The notes: generated from the sequence alone by a model not told the origin. Positions 29,043 to 42,280 are shown, counted from the first letter of the stretch. The stretch: 64,000 nucleotides of DNA from Bacillota bacterium (GCA_021793645.1 JAJYSJ010000002.1:2003-66002); one strand, 5' to 3'. Translations and numbers: made by a program.

Positions 29043-30317
29043 TCAGCCGGCCGGCTGCGCTGCAGTCGCCGCCATAACGGTGCGTACAAGCAAGTCGAGT
29101 GCTTGCGCGAACCGCTCCTTGTCGATGTTGAGGGGCGGCATGAGCCGGATCACTTCGTGGCGGAGTCCCGCCATATGCAGGATGACCCCCTCGGCCAGCA
29201 TGTCCTCCATGACGCGCTGCGCGAGCGCACCGCCCGCTTCGCCGGCGAACTCGACCGCAACCATCAAGCCGCGCCCACGCACATCGCGCACTGCCTCGAG
29301 GCGCCGCAGGGGGGCGAGCCGCTCGAGTGCGAGTGCTCCGAGGCGGTCCGACTGCGCCATCAGGTTCTCATCCTTGATCACCTGCAAGGTCGCAAGACCC
29401 GCCGCGCAGGACACGGGGTTGCCGCCGAACGTGGTGCCGTGGCTGCCAGGGGCCCATTGGTTCGCAAGTGCCGCGCGCGCCGCGATTGCCGAGAGCGGCA
29501 TCCCGCCGCCGAGCGCCTTGCCCATGATCACGATGTCCGGCGAGATTGCGGTGTGCTGATACGCGAACATCCGCCCGGTGCGACCCATTCCGGACTGTAC
29601 TTCGTCCACTGCGAGCAGGATGCCGTGGGCGTTCGCGAGTTCTTGCAGCCACGGCAGGAAGCCGTCCGGAGGGATGACGTAGCCCCCCTCGCCTTGAATC
29701 GGCTCGAGGACGATAAGCGCGACGCGGTCGGGAGCGATGTCCGTCTCCAGCAGCGACTCGAGCTGCAGCTGCACGAAGCGAAGCGCCTCCGCCGGCTGCA
29801 TGGAGAGGCGCGTCGGAGCCGGATACGGAACATGGTAAACGGACGGAAGCAGCGGTTCGTAGGGAGAACGATAGCGGGCAGCGGAGTCGGTGAGGCTGAG
29901 CGCGCCGAGCGAACGGCCATGGAAGCCGCCGCGAAAGGCGATGACGCCCGGCCGCCCAGTAACGAACCGCGCGAGCTTGATCGCGGCCTCCACTGCCTCC
30001 GTGCCAGAGTTCCCGAAGAAGATCTTGTACCCGGAGCCGATCTCAGCCAAGATGGCCTCTGCGTAATCAATCAACGCATCCTGGTATCCGGTTCCACTAT
30101 ACAGGTGAAGGTGCCTGCGTGCCTGATCCTCGATCGCCTGGATGACCTTCGGATGACCGTAACCGACCGCATTGACGGCGATGCCGGTCGCCAGATCCAA
30201 ATAGCGGCGACCGTCCACCGTGTAGAGATATGAACCTTGTCCGTGGCTGATCGAAAGTTCCGTCTCCATCGGCTGTACCGGCATCATGGCCGCCTCGTAG
30301 CGCTGCGCGATGTCCAA
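29043..30317 (-). CDS. Class III aminotransferase, 4-aminobutyrate (GabT)-like
   Basis: ...FFGNSGTEAVEAAIKLARF..., ...LAVDEVQSGMGRTGRMFA... and ...IVIMGKALGGGMPLSA... are GabT-type signatures. Confidence 0.8.
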   Translation of the reverse strand: MDIAQRYEAAMMPVQPMETELSISHGQGSYLYTVDGRRYLDLATGIAVNAVGYGHPKVIQAIEDQARRHLHLYSGTGYQDALIDYAEAILAEIGSGYKIFFGNSGTEAVEAAIKLARFVTGRPGVIAFRGGFHGRSLGALSLTDSAARYRSPYEPLLPSVYHVPYPAPTRLSMQPAEALRFVQLQLESLLETDIAPDRVALIVLEPIQGEGGYVIPPDGFLPWLQELANAHGILLAVDEVQSGMGRTGRMFAYQHTAISPDIVIMGKALGGGMPLSAIAARAALANQWAPGSHGTTFGGNPVSCAAGLATLQVIKDENLMAQSDRLGALALERLAPLRRLEAVRDVRGRGLMVAVEFAGEAGGALAQRVMEDMLAEGVILHMAGLRHEVIRLMPPLNIDKERFAQALDLLVRTVMAATAAQPAG

Positions 30318-30407
30318 CTCTATTGGAGTCCCTCCCTCAAGAATATGCTATGCGTACTAAGCCTACGCGCCTTGTATCTACCATTGATCATCGATGCGCG
30401 TGAAGCA

Positions 30408-30421
30408 ACCGTTGAAACGGT
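30408..30421. promoter_or_regulatory. Palindrome ACCGTTGAAACGGT in the gabT-like upstream region, a candidate operator
   Basis: Perfect 6-bp half-sites. Adjacent palindromes TGATCA and ATCGAT at 30386-30397. Lower-GC intergenic region 30318-30591. Confidence 0.25.
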
Positions 30422-30541
30422 GCCTGATCGGACCTTAGGCTGCCTATGCCCCATCCCTAGCCGCTTGACGCACGGTGACTTCTTCTTGCACTCCCGTACG
30501 CAGGATGCATCTTAGGGCTGCAGCCGCCGGCCCACTGCGCG

Positions 30542-30574
30542 CAAAACGACACCGCCCCCGCTGCCGGGGGCGGT
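30542..30574 (-). terminator. Rho-independent terminator of the NCS1 permease gene
   Basis: Minus strand: CACCGCCCCCG-GCAG-CGGGGGCGGTG (11-bp perfect stem) followed by TCGTTTTG. Confidence 0.7.
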
Positions 30575-30591
30575 GCGTCGGAAGGCGCGAT

Positions 30592-31956
30592 CTAGACGGT
30601 CTGCGGCTGGCGGCTCTTCGCCATCACCAGATAGACGAGACCGGCGACGACGAAGCTCACGAAGTAGGTGATATCGCCGAACTGCGGGTAGTGGGACGGG
30701 AACCAGGAGACGAACACGGGGTACTGGTTCATGAAGGGCACCGACACCGCAACGCCGATGATCCAGGCCCAGACGCCTGCGGCGAACGGCTGCTTGCGGT
30801 TGTAGAACTCCTCGGTCTCGTACTGGCCCTTGGCCTTGACGTAGTAGTCGACGAGAACGATCGCGAGCCACGGCGCAACCCAGTAGCCGAGAAGGAAGAG
30901 GAACTCCTGGTAGTGCTGCCAGTAGCCGTGCTGGCCGGCCACCCAACTGACGATCGTGCCGAGAATGCCGACGATCACGGCGCCGAGCCAGCGCTTCATC
31001 GGGATATCGATGACGAGCGAGGAAAGTGCACCGGAGTAGATATTGAGGACGTTCGCGGTGACCGTTCCGAGCACGACCGCGATCATCGTCACGACGCCGA
31101 GCGCGTGCGGCAAGAGGTGCGTCACGAGGTCCGTCGGAACCGCGATGTTCTTCAGCGTCGCAAGCGCTGCACCCAGTACCTCAAGCCAGAAGCCCGAGAT
31201 CAGCAGCGACCAGAACGCGTTGCCGAAGACGGCGCGCACGGAAGTCTTCGCGGGCAGGTAGCGCGTGTAGTCGGAGGCGAATGCCATCCACCCGAGGCAG
31301 TAGGAGAACGAGATAGCGAGCATCAGGATGAAGGCGCCGGATGGCCCGCCGACGTAGCTGGCCAGCTTCAGGTTCATCGGCGCGGACAGGTGTCCGTTCG
31401 CAAAGCCGTATACCGAGACGATCAGGAAGACGACCGTCAGGACGACGGCCAGGTAGCGCTCCAGGGTGTGGATCAGGTTGTAGCCGTAGACCGCAATCGC
31501 GACCTGAATGACGACCATGATGCCGAGGCCGACCGCGAACGAGAGGCCAAACAGCCATTGCAGGGCGAAGACGCCCAGTACTGTGTTCACGGCGAACCAG
31601 GAGAACCCCGCAATGAAGTTCAGCACTCCGGGGATGAAGTTCCCGTAGTAGCCGAACGCCTTGCGCGACTGGATGAGCTGCGGGACGCCGAACCTTGGGC
31701 CGAACGTGCTGAGGGCGCCGAGCGCGAGTGCGCCAAGGAGGTTCCCGATCCCGATCGCGAGCACAGCCTGCCAAAAGCTGAGCCCGAACGCGCCGGTTGC
31801 CAGCGCGCCCGTCACCAGGGTGGCGAACTCCACGTTGGCACCGAACCAGAGCGAAAAGATCGACGAAGGCCTGCCATGTCGCTCGCTGGGCGAGATCGGC
31901 TCGACACCCTTGGGTTCGACCTTGAGCACCTGTTCTGTGTAATCCGCGACGCTCAC
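30592..31956 (-). CDS. NCS1-family nucleobase/cytosine/hydantoin permease (CodB-like)
   Basis: 454 aa, about 12 TM, purine-cytosine permease family features. GTG start 5 nt after GGAGGG. The 706-aa plus-strand track ORF 30475..32595 is an antisense artifact. Confidence 0.78.
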   Translation of the reverse strand: MSVADYTEQVLKVEPKGVEPISPSERHGRPSSIFSLWFGANVEFATLVTGALATGAFGLSFWQAVLAIGIGNLLGALALGALSTFGPRFGVPQLIQSRKAFGYYGNFIPGVLNFIAGFSWFAVNTVLGVFALQWLFGLSFAVGLGIMVVIQVAIAVYGYNLIHTLERYLAVVLTVVFLIVSVYGFANGHLSAPMNLKLASYVGGPSGAFILMLAISFSYCLGWMAFASDYTRYLPAKTSVRAVFGNAFWSLLISGFWLEVLGAALATLKNIAVPTDLVTHLLPHALGVVTMIAVVLGTVTANVLNIYSGALSSLVIDIPMKRWLGAVIVGILGTIVSWVAGQHGYWQHYQEFLFLLGYWVAPWLAIVLVDYYVKAKGQYETEEFYNRKQPFAAGVWAWIIGVAVSVPFMNQYPVFVSWFPSHYPQFGDITYFVSFVVAGLVYLVMAKSRQPQTV

Positions 31957-32065
31957 GCGATCCCTCCGTTTCCGAACGTTCTTCCTGTATTATGCCAGAT
32001 CATTCGTGAACTGTCTCCGGGTAGGGACAACTTTTTTCGACGGATTTCGCATGCCCCAGCAAATG

Positions 32066-32089
32066 CAAAAAGCGCGGCCATCGCCGCGC
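32066..32089 (-). terminator. Rho-independent terminator of the DUF1462 gene
   Basis: Minus strand: GCGCGGC-GATG-GCCGCGC followed by TTTTTGCATTTG. Confidence 0.65.
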
Positions 32090-32103
32090 CGTTGCCCGAT
32101 CGG

Positions 32104-32403
32104 TCAACCGATGGTCGACTTGATCTCTGCCTGAATGTCTTGCCAGGGGACGCCTCCTTCGAAGCGAAGGTCGCCCTGAATCAATACGAGCGGCAGCTCC
32201 AGCTCACCTTGGCGCACGCGCCCAGCGAACTCCGGGTCCTTGCCGTCCTCGAGGTTCCTGTACGCTACCTCGACGCTGCCCGGGAAGCGCAGCCCGGCAA
32301 GGTTCCTGACCATCTCCGCCTGTTCGAAGAAGGTCATCGCGGTCGGGCACGAACCGTAACCGAACTCATCGCCGCTCGTGCCGAGGATCGTAATCTCGAC
32401 CAA
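32104..32403 (-). CDS. DUF1462 (YuzD-like) small thioredoxin-fold protein
   Basis: ...VEITILGT..CPTAM...GELELPLVLIQGDLRFEGGVP resembles Bacillus YuzD (ELFYPLVTINDEIVGEGY). TTG at 32403 is preceded by GGGAGA. The track start at 32424 would sit 3 nt from the tmRNA 3' end with no RBS. Confidence 0.55.
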   Translation of the reverse strand: MVEITILGTSGDEFGYGSCPTAMTFFEQAEMVRNLAGLRFPGSVEVAYRNLEDGKDPEFAGRVRQGELELPLVLIQGDLRFEGGVPWQDIQAEIKSTIG

Positions 32404-32426
32404 TCGATCGTCTCCCGAACACAAAA

Positions 32427-32773
32427 TGGTGGAGGCGCGGGGGAACTGCCCCCCCGGTCCGCCGAACCCCCAGTACGGGCATCTACGAGCGTAGCCCTCG
32501 CTTTAATCTCACCTTCGGCGCCTTACAAGGGCGAAGTCGCCGTCAGCCAGCCTCAGTTGATGTCCGCGCGTAGTCGGGGCGCCCCCCGCGCGTGAGCCCG
32601 CTAATTAGCGTCCCTCCGGCGCGCAGGCTTCGCCAGGAGGAACGGCTCAAGTGCGCTTAGGCAGCGAGAGCGTAGTTTGAATCGTTGGCAGTTGTGCCGT
32701 TTCCGCTGTTTTACGAGGAGCGGAACCTCGGCTCGCTTCCCGAACCAGAACATACGACGTCGATCCTGGTTCG
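32427..32773 (-). ncRNA. ssrA: tmRNA (SsrA, transfer-messenger RNA)
   Basis: 5' GGGGGCGAACCAGGATCGACG... Tag reading frame GCC AAC GAT TCA AAC TAC GCT CTC GCT GCC TAA gives ANDSNYALAA. 3' end ...CGCCTCCACCA with the G3-U70 tRNA-Ala identity pair in the acceptor stem. Located immediately downstream of smpB, as in Firmicutes. Confidence 0.88.
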
Positions 32774-32784
32774 CCCCCAAACTT

Positions 32785-33234
32785 TCAGCGTCGGCTCTTC
32801 AGGGCGCGCTCCATCTCGCGTTTCGCGTCGCGCGTCTTGAGATCCTCCCGCTTGTCGTAGAGCTTCTTGCCGCGGCATACGCCGAGTTCGACCTTGCAGA
32901 AACCCCGGTCGTTGAAGTACATGCGCAGCGGCACAATCGTCATGCCGCGCTCTCGCATGCGACCGACGAGCCCGTCGAGCTCCCGTCGGTGCAGCAGCAG
33001 CTTGCGCCGCCGATACGGTTCATGGTTCATGCGATTGCCCTGGTCGTACGGGGAGATGTGCACATGCTGCAAGAAGATCTCGCCGTGCGACATGGACGCG
33101 TACGCATCCTGCAGGTTCACCCGCCCGAGACGAGCCGACTTCACCTCGGTCCCGGTCAAGGCGATCCCCGCCTCGATGGTCTCGAGGACGAAGTAGTCGT
33201 GCCGGGCCTTGCGGTTGTCGGCGATGATCTTCAT
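32785..33234 (-). CDS. smpB: SsrA-binding protein
   Basis: [33 protein letters not shown]...[19 protein letters not shown] is a near-canonical SmpB. Confidence 0.93.
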   Translation of the reverse strand: MKIIADNRKARHDYFVLETIEAGIALTGTEVKSARLGRVNLQDAYASMSHGEIFLQHVHISPYDQGNRMNHEPYRRRKLLLHRRELDGLVGRMRERGMTIVPLRMYFNDRGFCKVELGVCRGKKLYDKREDLKTRDAKREMERALKSRR

Positions 33235-35561
33235 GGCGTTTCGCCCACAGGCTCCTTCGCGCCGTCCTTCGCCGCTCCATCCTTGGCGCGGTCTTTGGCT
33301 TTTCGGCTGGAACGGCGCCTACGATTATAGTTGCGACGGGACTTCTTTTCAACCTTCGCTTGGGGTGGTTCTGCGTCCTGCGCTGGCTCCACGTCGCCTC
33401 CAGCCACTGCCACGGCTGCGGGCGCGGCCAATGGCGGCTGCACATCGGCAAGCGACAAGTCAATCTCGCCGTGTTCGGTGTCAACGCGTTCGACGCGAAC
33501 CCGCACGCGGTCGGCCAGGCGGAACAGGCGCTTTGTGCGCTCGCCCTGCAGCTGGAAGAGCTTCTCGTCGAAGTGATAGTAGTCGTCTGTTAGTGAACTC
33601 ACGCGCAGGAGACCCTCAACGCCAAGCGAGACTTCGACGAAGACACCGAACGGCACGACCCCAGTGACGATGCCGTCGAATTCCTCTCCGACCTTGTCTT
33701 GCATGAATTCGACCTTCTTGAGATCCACCGACTCGCGCTCCGCCTCGTCTGCGAGGCGCTCGCGCTCCGAGGAGACCCGCGCAATCTCCGGCAGGCGTGC
33801 AACGAGGTCCTCGCGCCGCTCGTCCTTGATCGGCCTCTTGCGCAGGTACTCTTTCAGGATGCGGTGGATCACAAGGTCCGGGTAGCGCCGAATCGGCGAC
33901 GTGAAGTGGGTATAGAGCGGGGCCGCTAGACCGAAGTGGCCGATCGACTGCGTATCATAGCGCGCCCGTGCCATCGAGCGCAGTACGACGGCGGAAACAA
34001 GGTCGCGCTCCGGGCGCTGGGCCGCGCGCGCAAGGATGTCCTGCAGCATGCGCGGGTGCAGCTTCTTGCCGCTCTGCGGCAGATGGTAGCCAAGACGGCC
34101 GAGGAACCCGCGCAGTCCTTCCAGCTTTTCCGGGTCCGGCTCCTCGTGGACGCGAAAGAGGAACGGGAGGTTCTGCCGCGAGGCGATTTCCGCGACAACC
34201 TCGTTCGCCTGGAGCATGAACTCCTCGATCAGCTGGTCCGACGCCGTGCGGCCCCGCTGCTCGATGGCGAGCGGTCGGCCCTCGTCGTTCAGCTTCACCT
34301 TGTACTCCGTCGTGTCGAAGTCGATTGCGCCACGGTCGCGGCGACGGCGGCCAAGGATGTCCTTGAGCCGAGTCATGCCGAACAGGACGGGCATCAATTC
34401 CTGGTACGCATCGTCGGGCGGGTCTCCATCCAGTGTACGGTTGACGCCACTATAGGACAGACGCGCAGCCGTGCGAATCACCGACTCCTGCACCTGGTGG
34501 CGGATCCGCCGACCTGCTGTATCGAAGTCGACGAAGACGGAGAGCGCCAGGCGGTCCTCACGCGGGTTCAGACTGCAGATGCCGTTGGAGAGGCGCTCGG
34601 GCAGCATCGGGATGACCCTGTCCACGAGATATACGGAGGTCCCGCGCCGGAAGGCCTCGCGGTCGAGCGGCGTGCCCTCGCGCACGTAGTGCCCGACGTC
34701 GGCGATGTGCACGCCGAGCCGCCAGCCCTCCTCCGTCGCCTGCAACGAGACGGCGTCGTCGAGGTCCTTCGAATCGTCCGAGTCGATCGTAAACGTCTGC
34801 AAGTCGCGCAGGTCCACCCGCCCGCGGATGTCCTTCTGCGTCACTTCGAGCGGCACGCGCTCGGCTTCAGCCAGCACATCCTCCGGGAAGGCCTCGGGCA
34901 GGTTGTGTTTGCGGACGATGGCAAGCACGTCGACTCCGGGCTGGCGAAGCCCCCCCAGGCGCTCGATCACCTTCCCGACCGGTCCGCGCCGCGCGTCTCC
35001 GAATACTTCAACATGGCAGACGACCAGTTCGCCGTCCGCCGCTTCCAGGCGCGCCGTATCCGGAATGATGATGTCGTGTGCATCGCGCCCGTCCTGCGGG
35101 CGGACGAACCAGGCACCGCCGACGCACTCGATGCGCCCGACGATCGTGTCGCGGGAGCGCTGCACAATCCGCACAACTTCCCCTGCACGGCCCTGCAGGC
35201 GCCGGACCAGAACGCGGTCGCCGTGCATCGCGCCTTTCAGGTGCTCCACCGCGACGCGCAGGTCCTCGCCGTCGTGCTCCTCCGGGATAAACCAGGAATC
35301 GCCGCGGCGCGTCCCCTGGATCCGCCCAGGCAGGAGGTCCACCTTGCCGGGTGCCGCAAAGCGACCCTGACGCGTCTTGAGGATCTCGCCCCGCGAAACC
35401 ATCTCATCGAGGAGGCGATTGAAGGCAGCGCGTCGTTCGGCCTTGATCTGGAAGTTCTCCGCCAGCTCGTCCGCGGAAAGTGGACGCTGGGTCTCGTCCG
35501 CGATGAAGGCGATCAGCTGCTGGCGCTGCGGCAGGTCAGACGGCCTGCGCCGCCTGCTCAT
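33231..35561 (-). CDS. rnr: Ribonuclease R
   Basis: 776 aa. RNB catalytic domain, C-terminal S1 domain (...[20 protein letters not shown]...) and a Lys/Arg-rich tail. Confidence 0.9.
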   Translation of the reverse strand: MSRRRRPSDLPQRQQLIAFIADETQRPLSADELAENFQIKAERRAAFNRLLDEMVSRGEILKTRQGRFAAPGKVDLLPGRIQGTRRGDSWFIPEEHDGEDLRVAVEHLKGAMHGDRVLVRRLQGRAGEVVRIVQRSRDTIVGRIECVGGAWFVRPQDGRDAHDIIIPDTARLEAADGELVVCHVEVFGDARRGPVGKVIERLGGLRQPGVDVLAIVRKHNLPEAFPEDVLAEAERVPLEVTQKDIRGRVDLRDLQTFTIDSDDSKDLDDAVSLQATEEGWRLGVHIADVGHYVREGTPLDREAFRRGTSVYLVDRVIPMLPERLSNGICSLNPREDRLALSVFVDFDTAGRRIRHQVQESVIRTAARLSYSGVNRTLDGDPPDDAYQELMPVLFGMTRLKDILGRRRRDRGAIDFDTTEYKVKLNDEGRPLAIEQRGRTASDQLIEEFMLQANEVVAEIASRQNLPFLFRVHEEPDPEKLEGLRGFLGRLGYHLPQSGKKLHPRMLQDILARAAQRPERDLVSAVVLRSMARARYDTQSIGHFGLAAPLYTHFTSPIRRYPDLVIHRILKEYLRKRPIKDERREDLVARLPEIARVSSERERLADEAERESVDLKKVEFMQDKVGEEFDGIVTGVVPFGVFVEVSLGVEGLLRVSSLTDDYYHFDEKLFQLQGERTKRLFRLADRVRVRVERVDTEHGEIDLSLADVQPPLAAPAAVAVAGGDVEPAQDAEPPQAKVEKKSRRNYNRRRRSSRKAKDRAKDGAAKDGAKEPVGETP

Positions 35562-36268
35562 GAAGGGCCCCCGAAGACGCCGTCCAGGAACCGGCCTGCG
35601 CGCTCAGCGAAGAGCGCCGCCTGTTCCCGCGGCACATGTTCGTGCGAAGCCAAAATCTCAAACTCCTTTTGCCGGCTGCCCAGTAAATCAAACAGCGCTT
35701 TGGACGCTGCGGGGCGGACGGTCGTGTCGAACTCGGACTGCAGCATCAGGCTTGGCGCCCGAACCGCCGACGCATGGGTGCGCGCCTCGCGGATGTAACG
35801 CAGGAGTTCGGCGACCGAACGCAAGGGCAGTCGATCTAGATTGGCGCCTTCCCGTAGGCGCAGGTAAGGAAGCACCGGCCAAAGCACGCGGGCCAAAGGA
35901 GCCTTGCGCTCATACAGCGCGGCAGCCGGGTTGAGCATGACCAGTGCCCGCACTGGAAAGTGTGCGGCGAGGTCCATCGCAAGCATTCCCCCGAGCGACA
36001 GACCGCACACAGCAACGCCGTTTCCGGCGCTCCCTTCCACCAGTTCGAGCAGTGCCAGTTCCGCGCTGCGTCGCCAGTCGACGGCCGTCGATGCCCGCAG
36101 CTCCTCCGCGGTCCCGCCATGGCCCGCGAGGATCGGCGCGTAGACGTTGTAGCCCCGCTGGCCGAGTGCCTCGCCAAGCTGGGCTACGCTTGCGGGCTGA
36201 TCTGTGAACCCGTGGACGAGAAGAACCCCCGGTCCGCGGTTCGGCCAGCGCAGTGCAACGCGCGCCAT
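35558..36268 (-). CDS. Alpha/beta-hydrolase carboxylesterase (Est-like)
   Basis: VLLVHGFTDQP, nucleophile elbow GLSLGG. Positioned between secG and rnr as in Bacillus (secG-est-rnr-smpB-ssrA). Confidence 0.7.
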   Translation of the reverse strand: MARVALRWPNRGPGVLLVHGFTDQPASVAQLGEALGQRGYNVYAPILAGHGGTAEELRASTAVDWRRSAELALLELVEGSAGNGVAVCGLSLGGMLAMDLAAHFPVRALVMLNPAAALYERKAPLARVLWPVLPYLRLREGANLDRLPLRSVAELLRYIREARTHASAVRAPSLMLQSEFDTTVRPAASKALFDLLGSRQKEFEILASHEHVPREQAALFAERAGRFLDGVFGGPS

Positions 36269-36272
36269 CGCG

Positions 36273-36497
36273 CTAGCCGAGGCGCGACAGCACGAGCGAC
36301 AAGGCGAAGAAGACGAAGGCGAGGATCGCGGTCATGCGCGCCAGCGTCTCGTCGATGCCGCGCCTCCGGCCGAAGAAAGTGTCGCCGGAGCTGCCGAAGG
36401 AACCCGTGAAACCCGGCACGCGTGCCGACTGGAGCAGGATCCCGACGACGATCGCGATGGACACGACTACGTAGAGAACCAGGAGAACGATCTTCAA
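36273..36497 (-). CDS. secG: Preprotein translocase subunit SecG
   Basis: 74-aa two-TM protein MKIVLLVLYVVVSIAIVVGILLQSARVPGFTGSFGSSGDTFFGRR in the conserved position downstream of eno. Confidence 0.8.
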   Translation of the reverse strand: MKIVLLVLYVVVSIAIVVGILLQSARVPGFTGSFGSSGDTFFGRRRGIDETLARMTAILAFVFFALSLVLSRLG

Positions 36498-36520
36498 AAA
36501 CCAGTCACCGCCAAATCTGC

Positions 36521-39307
<2,787 letters not shown>

Positions 39308-39315
<8 letters not shown>

Positions 39316-40057
39316 TGCCGACCACCGCTTTCAGTAATGCGAGAAATCCGATCGGGTCCAGCGACGCAGTCCCCACGAGGATGCCGTCGATGCCGCCCCC
39401 CAAGAGGTAGCCCCCGACGTTGTCGGGTGCTACAGAGCCGCCGTACAGGATGCGCAGGCCCTCTAAGAGACCCGTGCGCGCGCCGACCCCCTCACGGATC
39501 GCGGCCGCCACCTCGCTCGCCTGCTCCGGTGTGGCCGGCTGCCCGCTGCCGATCGCCCAGACTGGCTCGTATGCAACGATCACCCGCCTCGCCTCGTCTG
39601 CGCAGAGGCCGCCAAACCCACGGTCGTACTGTTCCTTGAGCGCCCTCCGGAAGCCTCCGGCGTTACGCTGGTCCATGTCCTCGCCGACGCAGTACACGGG
39701 CGTCAGCCCGTGCGCGAGGGCGGCCCGGATGCGCGCATGCGCACCCTCGTCGTCTTCCGCCGCGTAGCGTCTGCGCTCCGAGTGCGCGACGAGTACATAG
39801 CGGCAGCCCGCCTCAGTGATCTGCGCCGCCGAGACCATGCCGGTGTACGCGCCCGACTGCTCCCAGAAGACATCCTGGGCGCCGAGCGAGATCGGGCTCT
39901 GCGCGATCTCCGCAGCTACTGCCGGGATCTGCAGGAAACCCGGCATGACGATCACCTCAGCGCGATGCGCCAGGGGCGACCTTTTGACCGCACGGGCCCA
40001 CGCCACGGCCTCCGCCGTGGTCTTGTGAAGCTTCCAGTTCGCGGCCAAGATGGCCAC
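39308..40057 (-). CDS. tpiA: Triose-phosphate isomerase
   Basis: AANWKLHKT..., ...VAYEPVWAIGSG... and ...ILYGGSV... motifs. Confidence 0.92.
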
Positions 40058-40059
40058 GC

Positions 40060-41226
40060 TTAGCGCTCCAGCAGGCCGGCGATGCCCGGCAGGGTTCGTC
40101 CTTCAAGATACTCAAGGGAGGCGCCTCCGCCCGTCGAAACGTGCGAAACGTTCTCCGCCAGGCCGGACGCGGCGATCGCGGCGGCCGAGTCGCCGCCGCC
40201 CACGACCGTATAGCCCTTGCAGTCAGCGACGGCCCGCGCCACGGCGAGTGTGCCCTCCGCAAATGGGTCGCGCTCGTAGAGTCCGAGCGGCCCGTTCCAA
40301 AAAAGGCGCCGCGCCGGCAGGATCGCCTCGCGAAAGATTCGGCGCGTTGCGGGGCCGATGTCGAGAATCATCTCGTCCGACCCAACCTCCTCGACGTTGA
40401 CCGCATGCCCGCCCTCAGTCATGGCGCGGCTCACGATCACATCCGACGGCAGGCGGAAGCGGTCGCTGAAGCGTCGCATCAGGCCGCGCGCCACGTCCAG
40501 CTCGCCGCTCTCCGAGAGCGAGCGGCCGATTGGCACGCCGCGTGCGTGCAAAAACGTATTGGCAAGCGCCCCACCCACGAGCACCGTCTCCGCCTGCGTC
40601 GCCAGATGCTCGATCACCTCGATCTTGTCCGAGATCTTCGCGCCGCCGAGGATGAGGACTAGCGGCTTTTCACTGCCGTCAACGAGGCGGTCCAGCGCAA
40701 GGACCTCCTCCTGCACCAGGTAGCCCGCATACGACGGCAGGATCGCACAGATCGCGTGCGTCGAAGCGTGTGCGCGGTGCACGGCGCCAAAGGCATCCTG
40801 CACGAAGATCTCGCCAAAGCTCGCAAGCTCTGCCGCAAAGCCCGGATCGTCCTCCGTCTCGCGAGGGTCGAACCGCAGATTGTCTAGCAGCAGAACCTCG
40901 CCTGGCCCAAGGCGCAGTACCTCGGTCCTGGCGTCAGAGCCGGTCGGCAGACCGGGCGCGAACCGCACCGGCGTCGAGAGCAGCTCAGACAGCCTCCGCG
41001 CGACGGGCGCGAGACTGAATCCCTCCTGAACCTGTCCCTTCGGTCGGCCGAGGTGGGACATCACGACGACGGCGCTGCCCTGCCCGCGCAGGTGCTCGAT
41101 CGTGCGCACGGAGGCGCGGATGCGGGTATCGTCCCGCACCTCTCCGTCTTGCAGCGGAACGTTCAGGTCAGCCCGGACAAGGTACCTCTCGGCTCTCGGC
41201 GCGCGATCGAGGCTGCGCAGATTCAC
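40060..41226 (-). CDS. pgk: Phosphoglycerate kinase
   Basis: ...[22 protein letters not shown]... N-terminus, ...[11 protein letters not shown]... C-terminus. GTG at 41226 follows AGAGGGAAG. Confidence 0.9.
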   Translation of the reverse strand: MNLRSLDRAPRAERYLVRADLNVPLQDGEVRDDTRIRASVRTIEHLRGQGSAVVVMSHLGRPKGQVQEGFSLAPVARRLSELLSTPVRFAPGLPTGSDARTEVLRLGPGEVLLLDNLRFDPRETEDDPGFAAELASFGEIFVQDAFGAVHRAHASTHAICAILPSYAGYLVQEEVLALDRLVDGSEKPLVLILGGAKISDKIEVIEHLATQAETVLVGGALANTFLHARGVPIGRSLSESGELDVARGLMRRFSDRFRLPSDVIVSRAMTEGGHAVNVEEVGSDEMILDIGPATRRIFREAILPARRLFWNGPLGLYERDPFAEGTLAVARAVADCKGYTVVGGGDSAAAIAASGLAENVSHVSTGGGASLEYLEGRTLPGIAGLLER

Positions 41227-42230
41227 TGCTCTTCCCTCTTTGCGATATAGGCTGCGAGATCCACGAGCCGCGTCGCATAGCCCCACTCGTTGTCGTACCA
41301 AGCCATCACCTTCGCCAGTTGGCCGACGGCGGCGGTAAGACCCGCGTCAAGCGTAGCCGACGCGGGGGATCCGCGCAGGTCCGAGGAGACGAGTGGCGCC
41401 TCCGTGTAGTCGAGGATGCCACGCATCGGTCCCTCGGCCGCGGCGCGCATCGCATGGTTGATCCCCTTGGCATCGGCAGGCCTCCTTAGGCGCACCACGA
41501 GGTCCACAGCCGAAACGACCTGCGTGGGTACGCGCAGTGCGAGTCCGTGGAAGTTTTCGCCGAGCTCCGGCCAGACGGCCTTCACGGCCTTCGCCGCCCC
41601 TGTCGAGGTGGGGATGATGTTGACCGCCGCCGCTCGGGCCCGCCTGAGATCCTTGTGCGACTTGTCGAGGAGGTTCTGGTCCGAGGTATAGCTGTGGACC
41701 GCCGTCATCATGCCTTCCTCGACGCCGAACGCGTCGTCGAGGACCTTCATGACGGGAAGAAGGCAGTTCGTTGTGCAAGAGCCCATCGACATGACGAAGT
41801 GCTCCTTGGGGTCGAACTCATCCGCGTTGACGCCAAGGATGAACGTGGGTGCCGGATTCACCTTCGCCGGGGCTGCCAGGACCACGCGCCGCGCGCCTCC
41901 TTGCAGGTGGGCCTTGGCGAGCTCGGGATCATTGAACTTGCCGCTCGCCTCGATCACCAGTTCGACGCCTTCGCTCTGCCAGTCTATCTTGGCCGGCTCC
42001 CGCTCATGGAACGTGCGGATGCTGCGGCCATTGACGTACAAGTGGTCCTCATCGGAGGAAACATCCGCTGCAAACGTGCCGTAGTTCGAGTCGTACTTCA
42101 GAAGGTGCGCCATGGTTGCGGTCGCACCGGGCCCATTCACCGCGACGATCTGTACGTCGGAACGTCCTTCGGCGATCCTGAGCGCACGCCGCCCAACGGC
42201 GCCAAGCCCGGATATGCCTACGCGTATCAA
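41223..42230 (-). CDS. gap: Glyceraldehyde-3-phosphate dehydrogenase
   Basis: IRVGISGLGAVGRR N-terminal NAD motif and catalytic SCTTNCL. TTG start at 42230 gives 335 aa, after AAGGAGGA. The 530-aa track ORF is an unsupported N-terminal extension. Confidence 0.9.
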   Translation of the reverse strand: MIRVGISGLGAVGRRALRIAEGRSDVQIVAVNGPGATATMAHLLKYDSNYGTFAADVSSDEDHLYVNGRSIRTFHEREPAKIDWQSEGVELVIEASGKFNDPELAKAHLQGGARRVVLAAPAKVNPAPTFILGVNADEFDPKEHFVMSMGSCTTNCLLPVMKVLDDAFGVEEGMMTAVHSYTSDQNLLDKSHKDLRRARAAAVNIIPTSTGAAKAVKAVWPELGENFHGLALRVPTQVVSAVDLVVRLRRPADAKGINHAMRAAAEGPMRGILDYTEAPLVSSDLRGSPASATLDAGLTAAVGQLAKVMAWYDNEWGYATRLVDLAAYIAKREEQ

Positions 42231-42274
42231 GGTGGGCCACTTCCTCCTTGTTCCATTTGGGCACAGACCGCATT

Positions 42275-42280
42275 TATTAT
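42275..42280 (-). promoter_or_regulatory. Candidate -10 box (TATAAT) of the gap operon promoter
   Basis: Minus strand ...CGTTATAATAAATGCGG..., about 45 nt upstream of the gap start, in a lower-GC patch. -35 element weak (no TTGACA-like hexamer found upstream). Confidence 0.4.

Noticed and set aside
30318-30480. Sigma-54 -24/-12 promoter upstream of the gabT-like gene
   Set aside because: GGCAC and TTGCT are present, but the GG-to-GC spacing is 16 nt instead of 10.
31957-32103. Purine riboswitch upstream of the NCS1 permease
   Set aside because: No match to the conserved purine-riboswitch core. The region contains only the DUF1462 terminator and a short leader with RBS.
30475-32595. 706-aa plus-strand ORF
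   Set aside because: Antisense to the NCS1 permease and the DUF1462 gene. It also runs through the tmRNA. Its composition is Arg/Asp/Glu-rich low complexity.
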